Shown here: piece by piece, positions 1 through 10,346 of the stretch
Layout: each line of letters opens with the position of its first letter
How positions within the stretch are numbered: the first letter of the stretch is position 1
NCBI GenBank assembly: GCA_003344405.1
Contig: NOWV01000269.1
Location: forward strand, 55,575 to 75,574
DNA: 20,000 nt
DNA from: Trichoplax sp. H2
Taxonomy: Eukaryota
Direction: 5' to 3'
The notes under the pieces: generated by a model
The model's database searches: none
What the model saw: only the letters and a program-made list of their open reading frames with translations
Told to the model about the DNA's origin: nothing
Program-made: the position numbers and the translations under genes

Positions 1-11
1 TGTAGTAACAG

Positions 12-1300
12 CTATATAAAATGACAAAACTATGCTTGCTTTGTCTTTTGTTTTGTATAGGAAAATATGCTACTACTGGCTATTCTAAAATTGCACCATA
101 GATGCCTGTTATTTTTATTAAAACTGCAAATTGATTACAATTTTGCCATTTAAGTATTTACAGTTTCAATGCATTCAGTTTTGAGATGAATTGCTTTCCA
201 ATGGCATATAATTTACAATAATATTCAAAATATTAAACATTCAAAATGAGATAGTAATCTAATGTAATGCTGAAGGAGAGATTATGGCAAGCCTTCAGAT
301 ATATTTGCTTTTACAGGTGCCGTTGGAGTGGTACCGTATACCTCTCAACATTTGCCTTTAAAATATCCAATACGCAAAGCATATTTTGATGAAAAATTAC
401 CATCATCTCAGCAATATGAATCTTAGCACATTCCTTTTAAATAATCGCAATTCATTCTTTAATCAAGAAATATTTTCAATTTTCAATCTTTAGAAGTTTC
501 TCCTATCATATTCTTTAATGCATGCTTCAATAAAAAAAATTCAGAAAATCTATAAAATGTAGCAATTTCTTATGTATTTAAGAAAAAATTCTTACTGTAT
601 GATTTTATAAAGTTGCACATGTAATGATTTGAAGAGACTACACTGTAAATCATATATTAAACATTTCCTTTTGCATTCTTTAATCTTAAAGAATTTTTAA
701 TTTTGTAAATCTCAGTAATTCTCCTTATTACAGTATAATTCCTGTTATTCTTAAATTCTGAAAAATTCTTGAATTTTATAAAGTAAAGTAATTTCTTATG
801 TTTTAATTTATCGAAGAGAAGATCATCACTGTATGATTTTATAAAATTTTATATATAATAATTGAAAGTATAATAATAGATACTACTCTAGCAGAGCTTT
901 AATGAATACGTAGCATTTGAAAGTTTACTATCGTAATTCCTGATCGTTCAAGGTTAGCATACTTACTTAATGTTTAATATTTTGAATATAATTGCGATCT
1001 TTACCACTGCTAGGCAAATTTCTCATAGGGTATCATAGTAAATTTATAGCAGTAATATCTGTTAATATACAAAATATCATGCAAAAAAAGCATAATGTTG
1101 CAATTTTATATAGTATGATCCGTATGTGCAGTTTGAATTAATTGCAATGGCCAATAGTTGGTATTTTAGTCATTTTTAAAGGCCAAAAGAGTTACTGTAA
1201 TCTGATGGATCGCGTAATAATGCAGCCAACGGCACCTACAAGAACATAGTTTGTAGATGTATCGATGTACATAATTTTGAAATACTATTGTAGAATATAT
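12..1300. repeat. Diverged inverted (foldback) repeat complex: left arm ~12-365, right arm ~912-1300
   Basis: Exact reverse-complement anchors: 221-241 with 969-989 (21 bp, 25/26 when extended), 12-22 with 1103-1113 (11 bp), 315-326 with 1226-1237 (12 bp, GC-rich) and 354-363 with 1174-1183 (10 bp). Gapped similarity is visible between anchors, for example 244-271 with ~912-940 and ~206-240 with ~1265-1300. Confidence 0.8.
428..870. repeat. Diverged direct tandem duplication, two copies of ~225-235 bp
   Basis: Colinear shared blocks: CATTCTTTAATC at 453 and 674, AATTTCTTATGT at 564 and 790, and ACTGTATGATTTTATAAA (18 bp exact) at 594 and 828. Confidence 0.85.
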
Positions 1301-4300
1301 ATCACGATTTTATCGTGTTTACTATATCTAAGCACATTGATTTCTTTAAAAAGGTGAAGAATAAAATTCTTCTTCTCGCTGCAACTCTTTTAATGCAAGG
1401 CTCAACTACTGCTACCCGTAAATTTCATGGCTACAACTGGTTAATTGTAATCTTTTTTAATTGAGGCCACTTGATGATAGAACTTAGTATATGAAATTTT
1501 AAAATCCTTGTAATTTGGTACTATCATTCTACTTTACATTGTTCAACAGCTGCAACTTTAATTACAGCTGTTCTATTTAGCTAAAGGATGAATCTTATAG
1601 GTAATACACGAAAGCTTAACATTAGAGAATGAATAATTATACGGTTGACCAGAAATTGTATTTTGATGTGACATATTATTTTCATACTCCTTCGTAGAGT
1701 GACATACTTCTACTAAGATTATGCTTAAACAAGAAGTTCAGGGATATTTTCAGTATCTTGATTCTGTATTCTACTGCATTCCATCTAATTGTTTATGTCC
1801 CTCGAATGTAAACTCTTTCTAAGCACAGTGAATAAGAGCAAGCCTATTAACTTGATAAATCAGTTTCACAATATCTGTTATTCTACAAAATAGTTGTCGA
1901 TAGAACACTAAGCACCGTTATGCAGTTGTTTTAAGGTGTAAGGAATTTTTAAAAATACAATTTGCTGTCTTTGTATCAACCACAATGATTTTGATATAGG
2001 ATAAATAAATTCTAGTTAAAATGTATGTCTAATGAAAATGGAAAGCAACTGCTGCAGTATCTTTCTACAGGATATAATAAATAAATTTCCTGCACACTTT
2101 GATAAAGGTTGTAACAAACAACTTTGTTGGCACCAAATTGTAGAGCAAGGGTATTTACTAATTTATTTGCGGTAGCATCAGTAATCTGCTACAAATGCTG
2201 ACAAGATTGCCTAAGAAATATATTGTAGTATCAATATTTCCTTGATGAAATTATCACTTTGACTGGACAGAAACATGAAAACAAGCTTAATTTAATAAGA
2301 GCTATTAATAGAATTATGTAAACTACAAGATAATTCTCACCTTTATTACTAGAAATTTCTTTGCTCAAATATAAAATTTTATGTAGTGAATCAATTATAT
2401 TTAATAAACTTGGCAGTGAAAGTCTAGAATCAAATTAGTGATGTCATTAATTTGTATATGTCATTGCTTTGAATTGTTATCAAATGGCGGTCAAAATGTT
2501 GGGAATTAAATCCTATAAAATCCATATTAAATTTGAATTTTAGTACTATTGAGACGAAAAAATAAATTAGTCGCTTGTTGATTGCATTGTTCAACTTATT
2601 CCCTAAGAACAGGATAGCAAACATTACCGGTAAAGTAGCTTTGAAATTCGTCATTGTAGTATTTTTTTCATAATATTGGTACTGTCCTTGTAGAAAGCTT
2701 TTCCAATCAAAAATAATTCAAATACTGCTTGAAAGATTCGCCATAAGATCATTTTCAAGAGAATACGATAGAAAGCTTAGTCAATAATCTCATCTACAAT
2801 AATTTTATGATAGCATCAGATCATTATTGCCAATTTCAGATTCAAATTTATATAGAAAGATTTGAAATTTATATCCAAAAGTTACAGTGTCTTATACACC
2901 TGTGTGAAGTGGAAATCAAATCTTAAACGAAGTCATTTTGCCCATCATCGTCCGAAAAAGAGATCTTTAGCAGATAGAGGAAATTCAATATCAACGAATT
3001 ATTTGATGAAAATGAGCCTCCAGTAATGATAGCATATCGTCAACAATAAGTCAAGTAGGAGCGGTTATTTTACCAATTTTTACGTCTTGAAAAATTTGAA
3101 TATAACGATGGACGATCCTATTTTTACTGTTACTTGATATCCATTAAATTATGTAATAAAGTGAAATAGCTCATTACTTTATTATTTGATTAACTATTAT
3201 CCAACTATGATCAGGCTCGTTTTACCTGCATAGAAAAAATCTGGAAAGAACTTAGATGTAATTACATTATTTATTATAACCTTATAAACAGATGTTGCTT
3301 TTTAAGTACTTTTGAAATCTATAAGTTAAGTCTGATAATACGGTACTTATCAGAATTGATGTACTCTATGACGCCCAATTGTTCCTGTAATTCATAGTTT
3401 TCGAAATCTTAAATCTGTGGATTGCTATTTCTAATAGGAAAAATTCCCCTTTTAACATTCTGCTCATGCTATAAATTAATTATGAGATAACATGTCATCT
3501 GTCACATTCGTTTCATTTTAGAAAAAATTTATAACTGTCTTAATAATTAATATGTTTTATAAGTCTGCTCATTAAAGTTACTTAAACACAAGCCATAATC
3601 GAATCGTCGCTAATGACAACATCAAAATAAATCAAAATATTCAAAGAATGAACGCTATCAACAATGGCTAACTAATTCCCAAAATTAGCAATACAATATA
3701 TGTTTACTTATACAGAAATTATGTTGATATAAATACAGTTTATTTAGTTTAAATATGCAATATAACACAATGTTGAACTTGTACTAAAGTGATATAAAAG
3801 ATACTTTGATAATAGTCTATTTTTTATTTAAAAAGTGTCCCAATCTTTACAATATAACATTCAAAGGCGTTAAACTGCTTTTACTTCTTATTGGTTACCA
3901 GTAACCGGAAGCTTTTCTAAACTGGCAGTCTACTGCAAGCTTAATGAAACTCAATTGAAGCATACAATTGATTTAATCTGACAATTCGCGGCATTTATGG
4001 TTTTACAGTACAATCTCATATATCAAGTTTAGCATTTTCAGTAATTTTACGAGAATGTGCAACATAAAAGTGAGATTCAAGATAGATGATAATCCCTATG
4101 AAATGGGTGTAGATTTAATAATTAATATTTTTAAGGTGGTATCAATTATGGTAATTATGGTTCTTCAATAGTAAATATTGATATAATATTTACATTTGAA
4201 GTTCGAGAATTTTCATATTTATATTATATTAAATACCTCGAGTTGCTTCTAGTATAATGAAATGTCTACAAGAAGTCTTCTGATTGCAATTTACAATCCT

Positions 4301-6225
4301 AAAATTGCATTAAAATTAGTTAAAAAGGTCTGCTTCATATCTATATCTAGATTTTACCATTCTAATCAAGGTCACCTGTCAAGATAGAATCGAAATAAAC
4401 CGTAATTTCTCAGTATAATTTCACTGACACAAGGGTGCATGCTTGCAGTATTGATAAATGAAAACTCAATTTCAAGTTGCGCTAATTCGTTAGCTATTAT
4501 AATGTTGATACTTATATGAATTATAGTATTTAGGATGATGTCAGTCAGTATAAGTTTGTAAGTCCATTTAAGAAGGAAAGTATTATCACTTTAATACAAT
4601 GTTAAAGAAGATAGAGAATTTACAATCTAATTTTTTATGATAAAATGACCAGCAGGTTGATAATTTACTGATATCAATTGAGCTGCTATTGCTACCCGAT
4701 GATTGAATTACTCCTTTTAATTTAGTACAGTAGCTCATTCTTTGTCTATTTACAAAAGCTGGTTTTGAAAAGCTATAGAATTTGAAATTACTTCCGTTCA
4801 AATGATACTGTAAATGATAAAGTATTGAATAAAGAATATTAAACCGACAAAGCTAACGGATTACTCGTAGTTTAGTATAGAAATAAATCAGCTGAAGAGA
4901 ATGAATAATTATTGTGATTAAAAAGTGAATTTGCTTATGCAGTAGATATTTGGTAAATTGGTTGATTTTCTAGTACCTTACTTAAATAGTGCCTAGTCAA
5001 ACTGCTCGTATATGCCATAAAATCGAAAGTTTATTTTACAATATGAAGTACAATTACTCTCTTATAAGACTAACTACCAGTATGCTAAAAAATTTTTCAT
5101 TAAATATTTAAAGATGATATTTCGAAATAAAACCCGAAAATCTCCTTATTGATTAGTTCCTCATTCCAAATAGTGCATTAATGCTAGAACTCTTTGACTA
5201 GCTACTTTTTACCTATCATTTTATTGCCTATATCAGCTTTATAGATTGTAAACTGATAAAGTACTTTTAATTGGGTTTTTCTAATATGTTTAGCTAGCTT
5301 TCTGCTCTTAATAAGATACTGTATGAAGTAGATAGCTCCACAATTAGATTTGATATTTCAGTATGATTTTAATATTGTGTAATTATAAACATTTTTAAAT
5401 TAGTTATCCATACTTTGCAACTCATCTTCCAGAATATTAATAAATAATGTATTATAAACCAGTAATTTTACACAGTCATGCATTGTACAGCACAAACAGT
5501 TGTAAATTTGGCTAACTATTGCTTTACGCTAGAAAGCATTAAACATACATGGTTACATTCAAGTGTAATACTCTTTTAATTTATCTTCTCACAATTACGA
5601 TTAAGTAAGTAAATCTTCAGACAAAACTGCATGAAAGAATTAGATATTGCTCAACTGGTTTAGACTCAAGTAAGAAAAGCTACTTTGGATATTTCGGCAT
5701 TCCGAAACTATGGCATACTCTACATCACATACATTAGTAGAATAGTTAAGTAGCTGCTGACATTTATTTTCATATGAATTGGTAATATTTTATCGGTTAT
5801 TCAAAACAAAATCTTGGAAATAAATTCTTAAATTTAGTTATCATTGTACTGTCACGGTACGCCGTTACTAATTAAGTAACTGTTGATTAATGAATGCTTA
5901 AGAATAGATAAGATAAGGTTATGTGCCATGTTTAATGCGCTTATAGCTGATAATAGGATGGTAGAAATGAGATAAAAATAAAAGTTGTTAGCAGTTAATT
6001 TACTGTAGGTTTATAAGGTGTGTTAATCTCTAAAAATTGAGCCGTATATGGACGAAGGTTAAGCGTCTTAACACCTGATAGCTTGTAGCTATCTAAGTCT
6101 GAGAATATCGACATGTATATTTAGTAATGGTATTATACTAATTAATGCAACTTGTAAAGCATGAATTCTCACTCGGTAATATTGGAATTCACTTCAGAAA
6201 CCTATTTAAGCGCATGTGTTTGTAG

Positions 6226-6420
6226 AATAAAGTTAGTAATTGCTCAAGAAACGGCAAGACTCATATCGTAAAGAATAGTGTAATAATTAGTCGGTTGTCA
6301 GTGGAGATCAGCCGAGAAATCGAGTTCTCAAATACTTCTCTCATAGAAACTGAAAGTACTGGGAGAAATAGCCCAAGTTTAAGTAACTACACTAGAGTTC
6401 TTTACTTTCCTTTGCCACAA
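6226..6420 (+). CDS. Candidate 195-nt phase 0-0 internal exon; product unknown
   Basis: Acceptor TGTGTTTGTAG (ends 6225) and donor CAA|GTGAGG (6421) bracket an open frame, NKVSNCSRNGKTHIVKNSVIISRLSVEISREIEFSNTSLIETESTGRNSPSLSNYTRVLYFPLPQ. GC is locally higher. The ORF track missed it, and I recognise no domain. Confidence 0.22.
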
Positions 6421-7703
6421 GTGAGGGTTGTGACATGTACTTGTAGCTCGAGCTGATTGTATTATAATTAGTAATCTGGAACTCTAAAATGCAAAATTCA
6501 ACAATTTTGGGATTCATAAACTGCCATAGTTGTAAAATAGTAAAATATCTAAATTGCGTAATCCTAGATTAAAATTGCCTCTTCGGGAGATTTTATTGTA
6601 AGAGCAATTGTAAAATGGTTAGACTATAGAAATTGTAATATATGCTTAAATTTCACCTTAGTTATGCTACTCAACAAATTCATGACAAGAGAGATGATAT
6701 ATTTTGTTTTACTTGAATTGATTACTTATATACTAATCTAACCATTTATGTCAATGATAGCCTATTTTTGGGTTTTTTAGATCTTCAATTGACAAATATG
6801 GAATACTCAGATGAGAATTAAGAAATTTGCTTCTGTACCACGATCATCTAGAAATACTTTCAATTTGGCTTGGCACTTCTATAGTAGCAGAAGTTCATTA
6901 GCCGCAAAGTAATTAGTTTTCCCTTTCTTACTAAAGATCGCATGATGATGATGGATGACGTGGATGACTAATAACATTTCTACATTCTATGTATTTAATT
7001 TCGTTTAAATAATAAAAGATTCTTTGCAAAGGATCACGTTCATGGCGAAATTACAAAGACCATAACAACATCACATAGGTAAATAAATGAAGATTGCATC
7101 GCACGTGCAGGGACGCACTAACTTCTGTGCTAGTATTCTTGTGATTTAAATGGGAAAAGATCGATTAACTACGGAAGTAACTCCAAAATAGAAGGCATAT
7201 TAATAATATTTAACCGTTTAACCATTGCTTCTTTAATAAAAATTAATGACAATTCCACTGAAAAAACAATATGCTTTTGACATTGGTAGCGGAACATATA
7301 ATTAAGACGTTGTCAATATTTAGCTAATCGATTCGGCGCTTCGTTAGGTATTTTTAGTTGTAGGTCTTGACTAAAGGCCATCATTAAGTACATATTGTGC
7401 TTATCTTGAACCTTAATCTTTAGATTAATATATAATTTACGCCATTCCTTCGTAAGTACATATAAAATTATCGACTGGAAAGATTCGATTAATTTGAATT
7501 CATATCAGCTACAGTAGGATAGTTTCTATAGCAATAGTCAGCCGTGTTGATGATTATTTTAACTAAGAAAAGTCTTTGATCAATTTTAGCCTTTAAATTC
7601 GACGGCTTTAAATACCTTAGCTTTTTGACCTAAAATAATGACAAGTAAGAATTTGAAGACAATCATGGTATCTATATTTTTAAGCCCGATTTCATTATGC
7701 ACA

Positions 7704-8050
7704 CTTTGATTATATTGCCATACCTTGCGACTGTTAATGAAATGATGAATAAATTATTACCTTTTAATCATGTAGAATATGTTTAATTTTATGCTTAAGT
7801 GATATTGATTTGTTTCGTTGGCTTTTTTTATATTGCTCGAACCTTGCGACTACTAATGATACGGCAGATAATTGGTGGCAATGTAATCGCATCGAGTATT
7901 CTCAATTTCTTGTTGTTATGATAGGATTCTTTTCGTTGGCTTTCATTACATTACTATACCTTGCGACTGTCAAAGATATGGCCAATAAATTACGACATTG
8001 TATTCACGTAGAATATTTCTAATTCTTGCTGTTGTGATAGTGCTTCGTTT
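7704..8050. repeat. Diverged tandem array, three copies of ~118 bp
   Basis: ACCTTGCGACT occurs at 7722, 7841 and 7958 (periods 119 and 117). TTTCGTTGGCTTT is shared at ~7813 and 7931, and GTAGAATAT is shared by copies 1 and 3. The units align colinearly. Confidence 0.9.
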
Positions 8051-9113
8051 CCAATGTGAATGCTTATGATAATCATTGGAAATTATGTCTAAAGGATATC
8101 ATAATTTTATAAACTGCTTTATTTTACGATCTTTAAATTTCCATTATCTTAATGCTAAATTGAGTAAAAATTGAGGTCGAGAAGAAGTGTTGGACTGTTT
8201 GTTTGCCGATCGTGTGGTATTTAATAGTCTTCATTCACCGTATACAGTAAAATGCTTTAAATTACTGCCGTAGTAGTCTACTAAAGCTAAGAAATTGAGA
8301 TTCGAAGCAATGAGGGCAGTAGAATTGTGTCTCGGTGATTCTATGCTATTTTAGGCTTTTATTAACTTAAAATATTTAAAATCATAACTTTCTGTCACGC
8401 ATAATCCACCATTAATTTAAACATAACGATAATGTGATGCCTAGAAATCATGTCATTCTTAGCTAGTCAGTATCCTACTTGATAGTCATAGTTAGTTAAC
8501 CTTTAAGCATACCATGAAGTATTGAAATGCTGATATTATAACGTCTTATTCGGAGTTATGGTCTCTTTTGCGAATTTAAAGTTGGCATAATTGCAAGCTA
8601 TCTTTCAATACTGCCATAGAATGATCGCGTAGAGCCAAAGTTTTGAACAGTTTCAAATCATCAAATTGTAAAGATATACCAAGGGATTTGATAGATGATA
8701 ATTATTTATTGTTTGTTAACTAGCTAAGTGGGTTGTTACGTTTAATGTTCTATTTCACAGATGTAAAAATAGTAATGCAATAAGATAAATACGATAGTAA
8801 ATATATTTACTAATACTGAAAGTGTTGACGCAGGCTGACTCATCTTACACATAGAAATTTATTATTCAGCTATTTAATTCAGATTTGGATGACAAGAGTA
8901 TCATTAAATATGAAGAATAGGAACCACGGTGTTATTCAACTGTCCCAAACAATAAGCCACCGGAATAAATTTACAAAGGCTAAAAATTATCAATTACATC
9001 AATTTAGATAAAGGAAATTTTAGCAATTTTATACTGTTGCTAGAAATGAAGGTGTTACTGTAAATAAAATGGGTTGATGTCAAATTTGCGACTTCTGCCT
9101 ACGTATGCTCGAG

Positions 9114-9119
9114 TTTATT
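9114..9119 (-). terminator. Candidate polyadenylation signal AATAAA of the GPCR
   Basis: The plus strand has TTTATT at 9114-9119, the first minus-strand AATAAA about 90 nt after the stop codon. This hexamer is common in AT-rich DNA, so support is positional only. Confidence 0.4.
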
Positions 9120-9209
9120 ATGGCTTCCTATAATACTTGACTGTGACTATTAATATGGATCCTGAAATATCTCGAGGTTCAAGCTTTGATGAGACCTAAT
9201 AAAATTAAA

Positions 9210-10205
9210 TTAACTACGTCTTAGAGAATCTTGTCTGATTTTAGCTGATAAACAGTGATAGAGAGTAATGCGGACATCTTTAATTAAATAGCCATATAAG
9301 ATTGCATTAACAGCGGGATAACTGAAGGCCATGTAACGTGTATAGGTTAAAAAATAGACTATACCACGTAATTTACTTAGTACAGTCCAAGGGACAAATA
9401 TAAATAATAGGTAGTAGACGTAGTATGGTGTCCACATGACAAAATAGGTAGATACCAGGATAGCAAGCACCTTCGCGGTCTTATAATGTCTCTTTGATGT
9501 TGAATTTTGCCTAACGACGGGTTGATGAACATGATAGATAGCGTGCTTTTTGGCTAAACGTAAGCTGAACGATTTTGCGGCGCAAAATAAACGGATGTAA
9601 ACGAAAGTCATGATAATAAATGGCAAGATATAGAACAAGATAACATGAATGACGGTATAAGTCATCTCTTTATCGATCTCCTTCATATTCCAAAATATAC
9701 ATGCACCGGGGACTAGTGGTCGAAAGGTCATGACTGGTAAAAAGCCAAGAATCAGCGAACTGGCCCAAATTGCGACAACGGTAAGTAAGGCATACACAGG
9801 TTTCGAATTTTTGCGATAGAATACAGGCGATTCTATAGCAATTAATTTGTCAATACTAACAGCTAGAAGATGTAAATTAATGGAGATGATAATAGTTGGT
9901 GAAATGTTATACATCAATGTACAATAAAGCCAATGATCTCTTCCTTGAGAAGGGTGCCCGAAACGAGGATAAAGATAGGTTAAAGCGAATAGAATATCTG
10001 CGGTAAACATACTTGCCATAATGATATGAGTAAAGTTTCGCAAACGTTGTTTGGCAGAAATGATGATAATATTCACTAAATTGAATACAACTGTTAAGGT
10101 TGCCATTACATTCCATGCTATAAGCCATCCTACCTCAGGTAGTCTTGCTCTATTACCATTTGACGTTGTATTTGATAAGTTAACCGTTTCCTGACTGCCT
10201 GGCAT
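9210..10205 (-). CDS. Intronless class A (rhodopsin-family) orphan G-protein-coupled receptor, 331 aa
   Basis: Uninterrupted 331-aa ORF with seven hydrophobic segments and family landmarks. These are N-terminal sequons (N9-L-S, N12-T-T), TM1 N42 (1.50), TM2 ASMFTAD (D70, 2.50), C95 (3.25) with ECL2 C169, SIDKLIAIxxPxxY at the end of TM3/ICL2, TM4 W147, TM5 FYILP..Y, TM6 KTAKVL..YFVMWTPY, TM7 YPAVNAILY, helix 8 and C318 (possible palmitoylation). The start context is AAAACCATG. Confidence 0.95.
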   Translation of the reverse strand: MPGSQETVNLSNTTSNGNRARLPEVGWLIAWNVMATLTVVFNLVNIIIISAKQRLRNFTHIIMASMFTADILFALTYLYPRFGHPSQGRDHWLYCTLMYNISPTIIISINLHLLAVSIDKLIAIESPVFYRKNSKPVYALLTVVAIWASSLILGFLPVMTFRPLVPGACIFWNMKEIDKEMTYTVIHVILFYILPFIIMTFVYIRLFCAAKSFSLRLAKKHAIYHVHQPVVRQNSTSKRHYKTAKVLAILVSTYFVMWTPYYVYYLLFIFVPWTVLSKLRGIVYFLTYTRYMAFSYPAVNAILYGYLIKDVRITLYHCLSAKIRQDSLRRS

Positions 10206-10313
10206 GGTTTTTGTTTTTCGAAATAGGTGTCAGAACAATATCAATCCTTGATAAAAGATAACTTTTCTTACTAAAGAGTTAGAAAAGTTTATGTCTTAGT
10301 AGAAATCGCGGTA

Positions 10314-10346
10314 GATATGGCTTCTTCGATAGCACTTATTTATATA
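10314..10346 (-). promoter_or_regulatory. Putative Pol II core promoter of the GPCR (TATA box plus Initiator)
   Basis: The minus strand reads TATATAAATA (10346-10337), then CCATATC (10320-10314), which matches Inr YYANWYY. The Inr A at 10318 is 26-28 nt from the TATA start. The implied ~113-nt 5' UTR has no upstream ATG. Confidence 0.55.

Noticed and set aside
36..101. Pyrimidine-rich acceptor ending at 60 followed by a short frame (KYATTGYSKIAP*)
   Set aside because: It cannot be evaluated at the window edge. It lies in the repeat arm, and the inverted copy lacks the AG.
2856..3026. ~56-codon plus-strand open frame containing RPKKRS
   Set aside because: The acceptor is weak, there is no usable start codon near the 5' end and no homology, and the length is compatible with chance.
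4366..4374. TCAAGGTCA nuclear-receptor (ERR/SF1-type) extended half-site, with a similar one at ~15120-15128 on the minus strand
   Set aside because: About one such match is expected by chance in 20 kb of this composition, and there is no clustering.
5851..5880. Small overlapping hairpins (ACGG-TACG-CCGT and GTTACT-AATTA-AGTAAC)
   Set aside because: The stems are too short, no Helitron-type CTRR end follows, and no ncRNA context is evident.
7810..8022. 70-aa ORF as a stand-alone gene
   Set aside because: It has a TTG start and lies wholly in the tandem array. The 119-bp period between copies 1 and 2 breaks frame, and copies 1 and 3 have a stop at the same position.
7704..8050. CRISPR-like interpretation of the repeated ACCTTGCGACT core
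   Set aside because: The intervening sequences are homologous to one another rather than unique spacers, the period is too long, there are no cas genes, and the context is eukaryotic.
9907..10128. 73-aa alternative-frame ORF inside the GPCR
   Set aside because: It is an out-of-frame shadow of the real CDS, with no recognisable features.
9210..10205. Assigning the GPCR as an opsin or a biogenic-amine receptor
   Set aside because: It lacks K7.43 and D3.32, so no specific ortholog or gene symbol can be supported.
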